Assembly (NCBI RefSeq): GCF_035594765.1
Contig: NC_085843.1
Location: forward strand, 45,926,201-45,990,200
From: Anolis carolinensis
Taxonomy: Eukaryota
Direction of reading: 5' to 3'
Length of the DNA: 64,000 nt
Shown: positions 13,561 to 25,340 of the stretch, in pieces
Layout of the letters: each line of letters begins with the position of its first letter
Numbering within the stretch: position 1 is the stretch's first letter
Notes under the pieces: generated by a model
The model's input: the letters and a program-made list of their open reading frames with translations, nothing else
Databases searched by the model: none
Told to the model about the DNA's origin: nothing
Translations under genes and position numbers: made by a program

Positions 13561-15147
13561 AATCTTGGCTTTTTCCATGTCGATGTATCTTGTAGTAAAA
13601 GTTTCCAGTGATAACAGAGCAAGTCTTGTGTCTTCATTTGGGAGTGGCTATAGTGAGCTGACACCTATGCTAAGAACTTCTTTCTCCCAGTTAATCTCAA
13701 AGAGACTACACAATCCCTTTTTTTATAAGGGCCAAACAAGCATAGCTATTAACGATGTCTTCAAAATAACCAATATTGTATATAATGATATTCCCTTATC
13801 AATCCAAAATACAAGGATTAGCATGTGTCTTACAAGTTTGAAATACATTTCTTTAAAAAGATATCACATTCTTTTCCTTCAACCGTGTAATATTTATCTA
13901 AGCAAGGTGTCTAAATGATGTAAAGTTGATGATACGAGATACAGTAGAAATGTTGATATAAGTTTATCCCATGAATAAATAGAAGCAAGATTTCCTCAAA
14001 AAATGTAGAAATCTAATACTACTGCTCTGTAGCCAAATAAAAATTGAAAAATATAAAAAGCTAACATAGAAATATCTAATGCCAAATTTTCATTCTCTTT
14101 GACATTTCTCTCCTTAAGGATTCTTATGGGGAGAGTTGATGTTCATTTTTCATCTGGACAATAGAATGTTGTTCACAAGTTGAAAAATTAGGTACTAAGA
14201 ATTTAACTAGATAACTCCTAATAGGAATTGACTGAACAACTGCAAAGAATTCTCTGTTACTCGGAATAAAACACACACAGCCATTTCGACACTATTTCCA
14301 TAGTGAGAGATTAAGTTCTCATTAGAAAAATTGAGACTGGTGAAGACTGTTGTCCAGGTCCATTATGTATTATTTCCACAATGGGATCATGTAATCTTGA
14401 GGACATTCCCCAGACCTGCTAAGTCTGGCTTCAGATAAACGGGCAAATAGTGAGGTGGAAGGGCTCAGATTTCAATTTGTTATGCCTGTATCATTTCCAG
14501 ATTGGAGTCAAACAATGGTTTCAGAAAAAGATATCATGGCTTTTGAAAGCTGTACTATAAAGTTACTTTGGAAAAGGTAAGGATCTTTTTCAAAGGTAGT
14601 GGAGACTTCACAAGGAACATGCCATCAAATTCATATCTGGAAACAACCTAATAGCTTTTCTTGCTTGTAAGGATTCTGATTCAGACTGCTCTTTTCAAAG
14701 AGCCAAGACCCTGGTCTATTGTTTGAAAGATGTTCTGAATCCAGAACAGAGGAGATTTGCTGATTTTACTTTATTGCCCACTACTTTTACTATCATGGCA
14801 GCTCAGTATTGCTGGAGACAAAACTACTGACTAAGGAACATCAGAACCAAAGGCAGTAAGTTTTTTCTAAGCTTCTTCTTGAAGGTAGTAAGGAGTAATT
14901 TCAACCATTTTCTTCCCACTGTGAGAAAGTCTTTTCAAATCATGCAATTTTACAAAGCTATTAACAATTCAGGAGTCATTATGAACAAGATTTGTATTTG
15001 GTTTTTGCACAGAAAATGCTGTTTTCCATTCAAATTAACCATGTGCAAATTTTATGCAAAGCAAATTCCCAAATATAGTTTCATTTTATTCTTTTTTTCT
15101 GTGCAGAATACAGCATTTTATATGCAGGAATTAATATTGGCACATTG

Positions 15148-15149
<2 letters not shown>

Positions 15150-15178
<29 letters not shown>

Positions 15179-18100
15179 TATACCCTAACAAGGAGACTCA
15201 AAGCGGCTTATATTAAAAGCCTTTCAGCACAGTGTTAAATCTACAAATAAAATAAGTTGAAAACCGTATGAAATATAAATGGTATTAAAAATCAAAGTTA
15301 AAATCAATGCTAAAAACCCCAGCACTCCCTGGCAAGATCTTAAAAACATCTTTGAATTGTGCTCAGAAACAAACTGGCAGCCAGTGAAGCTGCTGCAACA
15401 GGCGGGTTGTCTGCTTCCTGTAGGTACCTGCAGATAGCAATGTGGCTGAAGCTCTTGGGATCAGCTGAAGTTTCTGAATGTTCTTCAAGAGCAGACCCAT
15501 GTATAGCATGTTATATTAATCCAGTCAAAATGTAACTAAGGCATAAGTCTACTCCAAATAAATGCTGGAAGTGTGGTGAAAAGAAAGGCACGTACTTCCA
15601 CTGTTGGTGGACTTGTGCAAAAGCAAAAGAGTTCTGGAAAGAAATACATAGGAATATACAGAGAATACTTAAAACTAAGATTAGTTTAGACCTCAAGTTG
15701 CTCCTCCTGGGTATGTATGACAACGTAGAGGAAAAAAATAAAGAAATCTTATTTAACTATCTGATAACAGCAGCAAGAATGACATATGCTAAGGGATGGA
15801 GGGAAAAAAACAGTCCGGATATAAACAACTGGTTTATTAAAATTTTGGAAATTATGAGTGCAGACAAATTAACATACTTATTATCGAACACTCAAGGCAA
15901 ACCCAAAAAACAAACAGATTGGGAATTAGTTACAAACTATTTAAGAACAGAGAACTGTAAAGTGATAATATAAGGATACAATAGCAAAAGATAAAAGACT
16001 ATACAACTGTCCCAGAATAAACACTAAAGGAGAGAAAAATAATGCTACAAACAAATAGAAGAGGAAATACAAGGGTATAGTCTATACCAAATGAATACGA
16101 TACATAACACACATCTGATGGAAGTCAGTTTTCATTATATGTGATAACTGTTAGTATTTAAGTGATGTTCTGATTTTTTGTTTTTTGCTTTCTGTTTTCT
16201 GTTTCTGTCCTCTTTTTCTTTTTCCTTTTGTTTCCTGATGTAGGGTTTCGATTAATAGATTTCCCCTAACCTCCTATTTTTTTTCTTACCCCCATGTTAT
16301 CTCCCTTCACTGTGTGTAATTGTTGATGTGATTCACACCCCTTGGCAAATGACTTTAATAAAAATTTATTTTAAAAAAATGTAACTAAGGCATGTACCAC
16401 CGTGGCCAGACCTGGCTTCTCAAGGAACGGGTGCAGTTGACACACTGCAAAGGCCATCCTGGCCACTATAGATACCTGGGTCTCCAGATTCAATGCTGAG
16501 TCCAGGAGATGCCCAAAATTTGGACCTGTGTCTTCAGGGAGAGTGTAACCCTATCTAGCACAGGCTGGATTTCTATTCTTTGATCTGACTTCTGGCTAAC
16601 CAGGAGCACCTCTCTCTTGTCTGGATTCAGTTTCAGTTTATTTGTCCTCATCCAGTCAATTACTGGTGACAGATCCGATTTAGGATCAGGACAGCTTCCT
16701 TGGTATTAGGTGGGAAGGAGTAGTAGAGTGTCATCTGCATATATGTGGCACCATACTCCAAAACTCAAGATGATCTCTCCCAGTGGTTGTATATGTTAAA
16801 TAGCATGGGGGAAAAAACAGAACCCCGAGGAACCCCACAGGACAATGGCCAGGGGTTCAAACAGGAGCCCCCCTGCACTACCTTCTGGGTACAGCCCTCC
16901 AGGAAGGAATGGAGCCACTGTAAAACAGTGCCTCCCAGTCCCATCCCAGTGAGCTGTCCCAGGAGGATACCATGGTCAATAGTATCAAAAGCCACTGAGA
17001 GGTCCAGACAAACCAACACACTCCCCCGTCTAGCTCTCTGTGTAGGTAATGATCAATTTGTTTGCCCCCAAGGAATTGGGAAGGCTTCTGTTCAACGTTT
17101 TGATGTTTTGCTTTTTGTCCAATATAACAGGTTGCATTTTTAATTTAATTTTAGTTGTTAAGTCATAATTTGTTTTTATATGTTGGGTTGTCAATTTTCG
17201 TTATTATGGTGTATTGTTGTTGTGTTTGTGCATTGAATGTTTGCCTTTTATGTTTGAAATCTGTCCAAAGAGATAGGGCAGACTATAAATAAAGATTTAT
17301 TATCATCATCATCGTCATTGACACAACAACATAGTTGTTATTATTGTTGTTGTTGTTGTTGTTGTTAGGCTCCTGCAGTTGGGAGGCCACCACACACTCC
17401 AAAACCTTGCTCAAAAAGGGGACCTTGAACACTGGCTGCTAGTTATTTATTATGGAGGGGTTCAGGGATGGCTTTTAAAATATATGTCTCACAACTACCT
17501 CCTTTATGCAAGCTGAAATTTTGCCTTGTTTCAAGGAGGCACTGACCACCACCTTTGCCCACTCTGCCAGTCCCCCTCTGGTCTGTTTAATCTGCCAGGA
17601 AGGGCAAGGATCTAGAATACTGGCGTAGCTCTCACCTCTCCAAGGATCCTGTCCAAATGCTCAGGCTGTACAAATGGAAAGGTATCCATTAATGCTGGAC
17701 AAGCAGGGGCCAGAGTTACATCTATTGAAACTGTATCAGTAACAGCATCTAAGTCTGAATGGATCTGAGCAACTTTACTGCAAAGTGCTGTGCAGATTCT
17801 TCACAGCAGACTGTTGAATTGCCAGAATTTTCTCTTTGAGAACCAGTTTGTAATAGCCCTCTGACCACTCAAAATAGCTCAGCTGGACAGTTCCTTGCAA
17901 ATGCAATAGTGACAGCAATAAACAATTTCTCTGCAGTCTCCACTGTCATGAAGTAGGTTTTCAAATACTCTCTAGCCTGTGCTCAGTCTGATTTGCTTCA
18001 TGTTCTCCATCCATGTCACTCTTGTCTCCACAGAAAACAAGCTCCAAAGTATGCCCGTCAGCATGAGTAGGACCAGATACAATTTGGGACAGACCTATGC

Positions 18101-18900
18101 TTGTCACGGAAGCCATGAAGTCCTGGCATGGATGTTGAAGTATCTCAGCGCTATTAGCTGCTGAGACTCCAACACCAACCCCGAGACCATCCTGGCTAGG
18201 TCAGGAAAGGAGACTATTGAGCAGCACGGTGGGTGGTACACCAACGGAATGTCCTGGCTACTACCTTTAGGTAAATACACTTGAATGCCATTGACTATGG
18301 GATGGGTAACCTGGTCAGGGCATGGAATCATGATAGACTACTGCAACTCTACCTCCCTATCCACAGGACTGCTGCTGGTGGGCAGAGCCGAGAAAGATTA
18401 CCCCTTCCCCAGTTTCATCCAGCCAGGTCTGTGTGATACAAGCCAGGTCAGTATACTTATCCAGAATCACATCCCGGGTGGCAGTTGTTTTTCCATTTAC
18501 TGACCTGGCATTTTCAATTTAGGAAGATTATCACCCTGGTTATTCAAGCTATTTGATATAGGAGACAGTTTGGGGCATAAGCACTCTATTTTGCTCCCCA
18601 TTTGCACCCCCTTTCCACCCCTGATGTGGCTCCCCCAAAGGGGCAAAACTTGGTCATGCCCCTGCCCTCGCAGGCATCTTCCTTTTATGCCCCACCTCTG
18701 GAGGAAAGTAGCTGTTTCTGCTGCGAGTCCAGACCTTGTCTTCTGTCATGGCCTCAGTCTGCGAAGAGTCAGTCCTCTGCACCAGAAGTTGAGGGCAGAG
18801 ACAGGCCACAGCAAGAAAACACCACCTCTTCCCTTCAAGCTCCCTGATGATCTTCCTACTGCCTCTTGTGGATGGTGCTGTGTTTATTTTCTACACAGAA
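15150..18900 (-). mobile_element. Decayed L2 LINE (3' UTR, RT, APE endonuclease) interrupted by younger inserts
   Basis: Minus-strand LDLSVAFDTIDHGILL...WLHSFLEG...GVPRGSVFSPMLFNIY (16765-17019), endonuclease-like YHPPCC...YFNIH (18104-18331) and an L2 3' stem with (ATT)n at 15150-15210. Confidence 0.8.
15545..16375 (+). mobile_element. 5'-truncated L1-clade LINE (ORF2 C-terminus, 3' UTR, polyA signal)
   Basis: Open frame 15545-15973: CWKCGEKKGTYFHCWWTC...LITAARMTYAKGW (CCHC knuckle of L1 ORF2); AATAAA at ~16357; 18-bp TSD AAAATGTAACTAAGGCAT at 15527-15544 and 16376-16393. Confidence 0.9.
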
Positions 18901-19589
18901 AACTGCTACAGGCATTTTTTTAAAAAAAATTTTTTTCATGAACTATGAAAGTTCTCACCAGTCCAGGATGGTTCTTATCAGGGTATCCCACTCCCCAATG
19001 TTTTCAAATATTCCCTAAGAAAAGTATACATTACAAACATGTTCCAAATCCCAAGGACTACAAACCAGATAAACCAATCTCTCCCTCATCTTCCTCGGAG
19101 ATTATCTAATACTGAAAATCAGGCTATCTGGATTTTTGAAAATATGCCTGCCCCAATTTTTTCCTTAACATACTTCCTTAGATTTTTTTTTCCAACTGAA
19201 GTCACAAAGTGAATCCAGGTACGCCTTTGGCAAAAAAAAAATTGATTTTCTCAGAATAAGCTTTTTAGCTGGTTAGCTGCCAGAATCTTCCCACCCTACA
19301 CAGTTATTGTAAGTTGTTGGAATATTAATATCAATAGCTTAATGTATAGAGAGTTGTCATTTATAGTTTAATGAGATATATAGAATTTTATTTCAGAGAG
19401 CAGTTTGGGAGACTGTAGTAGTCAATTTTAAAAGCCTCCATCACACTACAAATCCCAGGATTCTATAGGGTAAAGCCATGCCAGTTAAAGTGGTATCAAA
19501 CTTATGTATGTATACACTGTGGGCCCACTGGTGGATTTTAATTACTTCCCATTCTATTTTATGTTTTAATTAATTTGATTTTTTAAAAT

Positions 19590-20125
19590 GAAAATCTCTT
19601 TTTACAAACCAGCATGGACTCTGAGGTGCCCTGAGAAGACCCTCCTCTCAGTCCCACCACCTTCACAAGTACTGTTGGTGGGGACGAGGGTGAGGGCCTT
19701 CTTGGTAGTGGCCTTCCAGGTCTGGAATACCCTTCTAAGGGAAATTAGGCTGGCCCCCACCCTCCAATGTTTTTGGTCTTACCTAAAAACTTGGCTCTTT
19801 AACCAAGCTTTCCAGTAGATATAGAGCCCAAAAGGTTCAAATTAAAGACCAATTGGTTTTCTCACTGAAAGCACTTTATATGACTGGTTGATTGTTATTC
19901 ATTGTATGTCTATAATTACCATAACATTTTATTGATGTGTATTTTAGGGTTGATTGATTTTACTGTGGTATTGTTATGTATTGATGATTGAATTATGTTT
20001 TCCTTTGATATTGATGTACCTGTATTTATTGCACCTCATATATTATTACATTATGAGTGCTTTGTAAGCCATCCCAAGTCCCTTTTGGGAGATGGTGGAG
20101 GGATAAAAATAAAGTTTTATTATTA
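19590..20125 (+). mobile_element. L2 LINE 3' end
   Basis: TRVRAFLVVAFQVWNTL...LKTWLFNQAF* C-terminus followed by a 3' UTR stem and AATAAAGTTTTATTATT tail. Confidence 0.8.
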
Positions 20126-20545
20126 TCCTTTTGTTTGACATTTATGTTAGCTACCTTAGGTTTTGGGGAGAAATATAAGTACAGTATTAATCATCCAACG
20201 CTTTCCTTATTCTAAAAAAATCCTCATTTTTCCTTTTTCCCATGCCTAAGATTTTCTGCTGAAAAGAACCTTTGAAGATTTAAAAATGTAACACTAGAAC
20301 AGAGACATTCTCCTGAATAGAAAAAAAATGCTTTTTATATAAGCCACCAGTGATTTTATTTTTAAAATGTTATTTTCCCTTTCTATGTTTTATTATCTAA
20401 GTTTTGCCCTAGTGAATGGCAACTATCATCCTACCTTTTTAGCCAAACATCACTAATGTTGCCTTTGTTGATATTATTGTTGTTCATTTTTTTACTTCAT
20501 GTAGAATTACAAATGAAAAGAATATTCAACAGGTACTAATGTGTG

Positions 20546-20806
20546 ATGACTCATGGGCCTTGTAGTCCTGTTCCTAGTACTATTGTGGCAGATGAAGAGG
20601 AAAACATGGGGTTTTCGCAGGTTCAGCAAGAGCCGGAGTCTCTTCACCTGCAGGATGTTGATGTTTGCCCTCAAGAATTCAGCCAAACAGGCCTTGGGCA
20701 GAACTCCCCCCCGTTTTCCAGGAGGGAAAATTATTCTAAAGATAGGGGAGTCAGGGAGGCTAATCGGAGAAGCCTGAGAATCGCTGCCAAACAAATGGCT
20801 GATTAG
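20546..20806 (+). CDS. Putative LTR U3-encoded peptide (86 aa), copy A
   Basis: MTHGPCSPVPSTIVADEEE...RRSLRIAAKQMAD*; same start, frame and stop position in all three LTR copies. Confidence 0.45.
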   Translation: MTHGPCSPVPSTIVADEEENMGFSQVQQEPESLHLQDVDVCPQEFSQTGLGQNSPPFSRRENYSKDRGVREANRRSLRIAAKQMAD

Positions 20807-20882
20807 GTCTGCTTCCCTTGGGAAATTCTAAGGAGTCATGCATCTGGACAGAGTTGGGTTTCGCTTCTCGTTCTCTAGGGAA

Positions 20883-21777
20883 TGTCAGGACCCAGGCTAC
20901 AGAGCACCAATAACCATACGCAGAGACCAGAATCTATCTAATATCTTTATTAAAGGATTATATAAAGTCAATAAAAGCAAGTGAAGAATATAGTTCAGAA
21001 GTAGACCTTCCAGGAAAGGTCAAATATAGTCCAGGAAAACAATGTCCAATATGTGATATTAGAGTCCAAAGTTGTAATCCAATAACCGAAACACACACTT
21101 TGCCAAGCAAAGTGTGGGGAAATGACAGGGTCCTTTAGTCCAATGGAGCTTGGCAAACAATGCTGGAAGCAAACTAGATTCTTGGCAAACAAGGCTTGAT
21201 ACGTGGCAGCAAGAGGCAAGAAACAAGAACAAGGTCTGTGGCGAGGTCCGTGGAAACAAGGAAAGCTTGATGCTAGAACAAGGTCCGAGAAACAAGGCTT
21301 GGAACTTGGTCCTGGAGGCAAGGGACTGGAGTAGCGTAGTCCACACACGATCTCACTCCACAAGGTGACGAATTGACTCCGCAAGGATTTCTTTGCGGGC
21401 AAACACCTATATAGGATCTTGTTTTCCCGCCAAGGAACACTTTCCCTGGGGAACAAGAGACGAAACCCATACTGTGTCCAGATGCATGACTCCTTAAAGT
21501 TTCCCAAGGGAAACAGACTTAATCAGCTAATTGTCTGGCAGCTATCCTGGCGCTCCTGCGAGTCGCCTCCCGAGCGCCTCTATCTCGATTATAATAATCC
21601 CGGCGAGAAAATGGGGGAGATTTCTGCTCAAGGCTTGTTTGGCTGACTTCTGGTGGGCAAACATCTTGCAGGTGCAAGGGCTCCAATTCTGGCTGAAACG
21701 GTGGGAAACCCAAGTTTTCCTCTTCATCTGCCACAATAGTACTGGGAACGGGACTACATGGCCCATGAGTCATCACA
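20883..21777 (-). mobile_element. Solo LTR, copy B, same family, nested antisense inside copy A
   Basis: TG...CA termini, 5-bp TSD GGGAA (20878-20882 / 21778-21782); reverse-complement similarity to copy A along its whole length. Confidence 0.92.
21519..21773 (-). CDS. Putative LTR U3-encoded peptide (84 aa), copy B
   Basis: MTHGPCSPVPSTIVADEEE...RRSARIAARQLAD*. Confidence 0.45.
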   Translation of the reverse strand: MTHGPCSPVPSTIVADEEENLGFPPFQPELEPLHLQDVCPPEVSQTSLEQKSPPFSRRDYYNRDRGAREATRRSARIAARQLAD

Positions 21778-22989
21778 GGGAAAGAGTTCTGTTGGCGGGA
21801 AAACGAGACCCAATATAGGTGTTTGGCGCGAGGGATTCTTTGCGGAGTCAATTGATCAGCTTGAGGAGAGAGATCGTGTGTGGACTTTGTAATCCCAGTT
21901 CCTTGCTTCCCGGATCAAGCTTCAAGCCTTGCCTTGTCTCACGGTTTTACCACAGACTCTGTTCATGCTTCATGTTCATCTTGCCTCCAGTCACGGATCT
22001 AGTCAAGAATCAAGTTTATTTCCAGCCTTGTTGTCAAGCTTCATTGGACTTTAAAGACTCTGTTATTTCCCCACACTATTGCTTGGCAAAGTGTGTGTTT
22101 CGGTCAAGTGGATTAAAACTTTGAACTCTAATATCTTATATTGGACAATACATTTCTGGACTATATTTGACCTCATCTGAAAGGTCTGCTTCTGAACTAT
22201 ATTCTTCACTTGTTTTTATTGATTTTATATATTTCTTTAATAAAGATATTAGATAGAGACTGGCCTCTGTGTAAGGTTATTGGTGCTCTGCAGCCAGGGT
22301 CCTGACATAATGTTTGGAACACTCTTCACTGATAAGGATTGTTGAAAGATTTTAGTAATTCCACTGACATCCTTAGATATAAAGAGTAAAGTAATAGTGC
22401 TTCAATATAATAAAACGCTTTTTCATAACATAGAAAAACCTTAATCCATTTGTTAGTCCTAACTAGATTAGACATATCAAATCAATGGAATTTAAATAAG
22501 GGTTTGCTCTATAGGGAATACCAGTCAAATTCAGGAACAGGATATTTACCTGGCATTGCCTGAATTGATATTGATTATTTTACTTATGATTTGAATGAAA
22601 CAAAAATGTGATCTATTATCATTGAAATTTGTTTCACATAAAGAACCATGGAAAATGAACAAAATCCAACACTTTTCTGGAAAAGTTGTCATTTTCTCTC
22701 CTGCTCCACTCACTTAAGATTCAAAGATTGCACAAAATGTTTTTGGATGAGAACCTAGGTGTAAATTCTGGTTTAGTTAAAATCAATTCAGAAATGCACA
22801 TTCTAAGTAAAGTAAAATACACTAACTGTGTTTACTGGTAAAAATTTGTAAGGTACTTGAAGATTTGGGTGTATCCAGATCTAAAATTATATAACAAGCT
22901 TCATTTGGCTTCTATTAGACAATATGATGGGTTAATAGCTCTGTAATCAAACATGTGGATTTGTATGAAATAATGGATAGAAAGAAATA

Positions 22990-23301
22990 CAGTGGGGCTT
23001 TGATAGGAGCTGGGATTTGGCTCCAGAACATTCCATGGATTCCAAAGTTTACGGATGTTTCGGTTCCATTATAAAAGATGGCATAGAAAAATGATGTCCC
23101 TTCTATAAAAAGCAAAGTAATGCCAGAGAGATTTTGAAAAAATGAGGGGAGTCTACAACAGCATATGGCTACACATCAACACAATGATTGATGAATGGCA
23201 AAACTGAAGTTTGATTTGGGGATTCTCCCCATCCCAACCATTTTCAAGCCTTGGTTGGTTGAATCCATGGCTGCAGAACCATGCATACAGAGTTCCAACT
23301 G
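22990..23301. mobile_element. Tc1/mariner (Tigger-like) MITE
   Basis: TA-CAGT...ACTG-TA ends with imperfect subterminal inverted repeats (CCATGGATTC / GAATCCATGG). Confidence 0.6.
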
Positions 23302-24119
23302 TAGACAGTTCAAATATGCCATCAATGCTAGGATTGTGTAAGTTTAATATGAAAAGGTGTGACTCCCTAGTGGAGCAAAATTGGCCCTATATTTTAAACA
23401 AAACAAGGGAAAAATCTCTTTTTCATTTTAAAATAAGAGTAGTGAGGGAATTGACTTTGTGGTTTATGTAATGAATTTCACTTTACTGGGAAAAGGACAG
23501 TGTCAAGCAATGTTTTTACAGTCAATGGATCTAATTTTCACCTTGGGAGGTATCACTTAAATGACAATAGTATCAGATTTCATCTTGCTCTTAGCTGTGG
23601 CAGGGTTTTTTTTATCAGTATGACAAGAATGAATAGTAAACAAAAGTCCATTGGAATAGCAACAACACATATGCATTTAGAACATAGGGGTACTAAAAAT
23701 GAAATTTAGAGATTTATAAAATAATAGAAAGTCAAAAAAGTCACAACTACAACAATAATAAAAATTAACTTCTTAAATTATATATTTGTCAATTATATCA
23801 GACATGCAATGTATATAGATAATTGATATATGCATTTCTTTATTTTCCCTTCCTTTCCACTATTATGCTCTTGACATAACATACCTTATTAACAGAATGT
23901 ATCATGCTATGCTAGGCACATTAGGCTACTCTAGATATCTTGAAATCATTCCAGTGGGTTTTTTTTTACCTTACTTATTCAAAGCTGTAATGTGTGATTG
24001 TAGCATGAATCATGTTAGTAAGTCCAAAATTATTTGACTCAGTGGTTGAAATGAGTCAACTCCTTATGTAAATTACACTGATGTAATGGATCTAGTCTGG
24101 TTGGGACTAAAAAAAGCAC

Positions 24120-25340
24120 TGTCTGACTTACCGGGCAGCGCTGTTGCGGCAGTGGGTGCCCTCCTGTCCATGATTGTTGTCTGCAGGAGTCTTCTCCTTC
24201 CCAGAAACCTCCAGTGAGGCAGGAATGCTTCCTGCCTTTTACTCGGCCAGCCAATGAGTGGTAGGCCTCACCTTGCCTTTTAATTGGCTGAGGCCTGCTG
24301 CTGCTTAATTCTCCAGCAGCCTATTTAAGGCTGCCCTAGGCTGCTCACTTGCAGTGTCCCTTCTTTGGCTGTACTCACCCTTAGTATATATCTTAACTGT
24401 TTTATGGTTTCTATTTAGATATGTTCCTTTGTCATAACTTTCAGGTTGGCATGTGGCATGGGTTCTGGATCTAGCTTGCTGTCTGCAATACAGACAAAGA
24501 TGAAGGGCTGCCACATGTGAGTCAGTGGAAAGCAGAGAAACAACAATAGCTGCAACCTGACACTGAGGAAGCTACCCCTACAGTGCAGAACCAAGTGCCT
24601 CAGGCAAGTGGAAGTCCTGAGTTAACTCAGGATCAGGAGAACAATGAGGCAGAGTTAAGTATCCCAGAAAGACTGTAACTGAGGACTCAAGCTATTCAGC
24701 TATGTAGATCTGCCCGGTTGGCACAGAGAAGGCCGAACAGGTGAGAGCACTTGTGCTATGGAGCCTAAAGAGTGGTAGTTTAGATTTGGTCTTTGCTGGG
24801 AGCAATGTTTGGAGCCTGCTACAGCTTGAAGCTCTGTCAGATGACTTTGTGTGCTTTATCGTGTGTCAGACCTTGACTTTGGACCTTGGATTATGTACAG
24901 TTGGTGAGGACCTTTGGACTGGATTATTCACTACACCTTTTGGATTATCCCTGCATGATTTGTTTTTTGAATCTACTTTGGTTTTGACTCTAGACTGACT
25001 GGTGAAGAGCATAGAGAGTGGCTGTTTATACTAAGAGGTACTGTGCAGGGTTGCAACACTTGCTTACTCCCTCTCCCCCCCCCCCAATTGGAGGGAGGGA
25101 GCATCCGTGGTTTACCAGGGGTGTGGTGGTAACAGTGGCCCAGTTTTGTGTCAGCAGCACCCCCTGACATGGGAAATGGTATCGGTCAGTAGCGGGCTGC
25201 CCGATCCCTGATCTAGGATCCATGCATGGTGGCTAACCCTGTTCCTCTTCTGTAATCAATAAACAAGTTGTGGCCTTTTGTTATCCCAACACTGCGTGTG
25301 TGCCTTCATTGGGTTGTGCTGGCAGGAGGTAGCGATCACC
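24120..25340 (+). mobile_element. GC-richer composite repeat: possible DIRS/Ngaro- or LTR-type terminal region carrying an internal LTR-like insert (~24430-25058)
   Basis: TATTTAA TATA at ~24322, AATAAACAAGTTGTGGCC end motif at ~25257; inner TGTCATAAC...GTTGCAACA termini; no convincing TSD. Confidence 0.45.

Larger units (their letters stand above)
20542..22307 (+). mobile_element. Solo LTR, copy A (Gypsy-like), split by a nested copy; own sequence is 20542-20882 plus 21783-22307
   Basis: TG...CA termini, 5-bp TSD TAATG (20537-20541 / 22308-22312), TATA-like AATATA at ~21812, AATAAA at ~22239. Confidence 0.9.
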
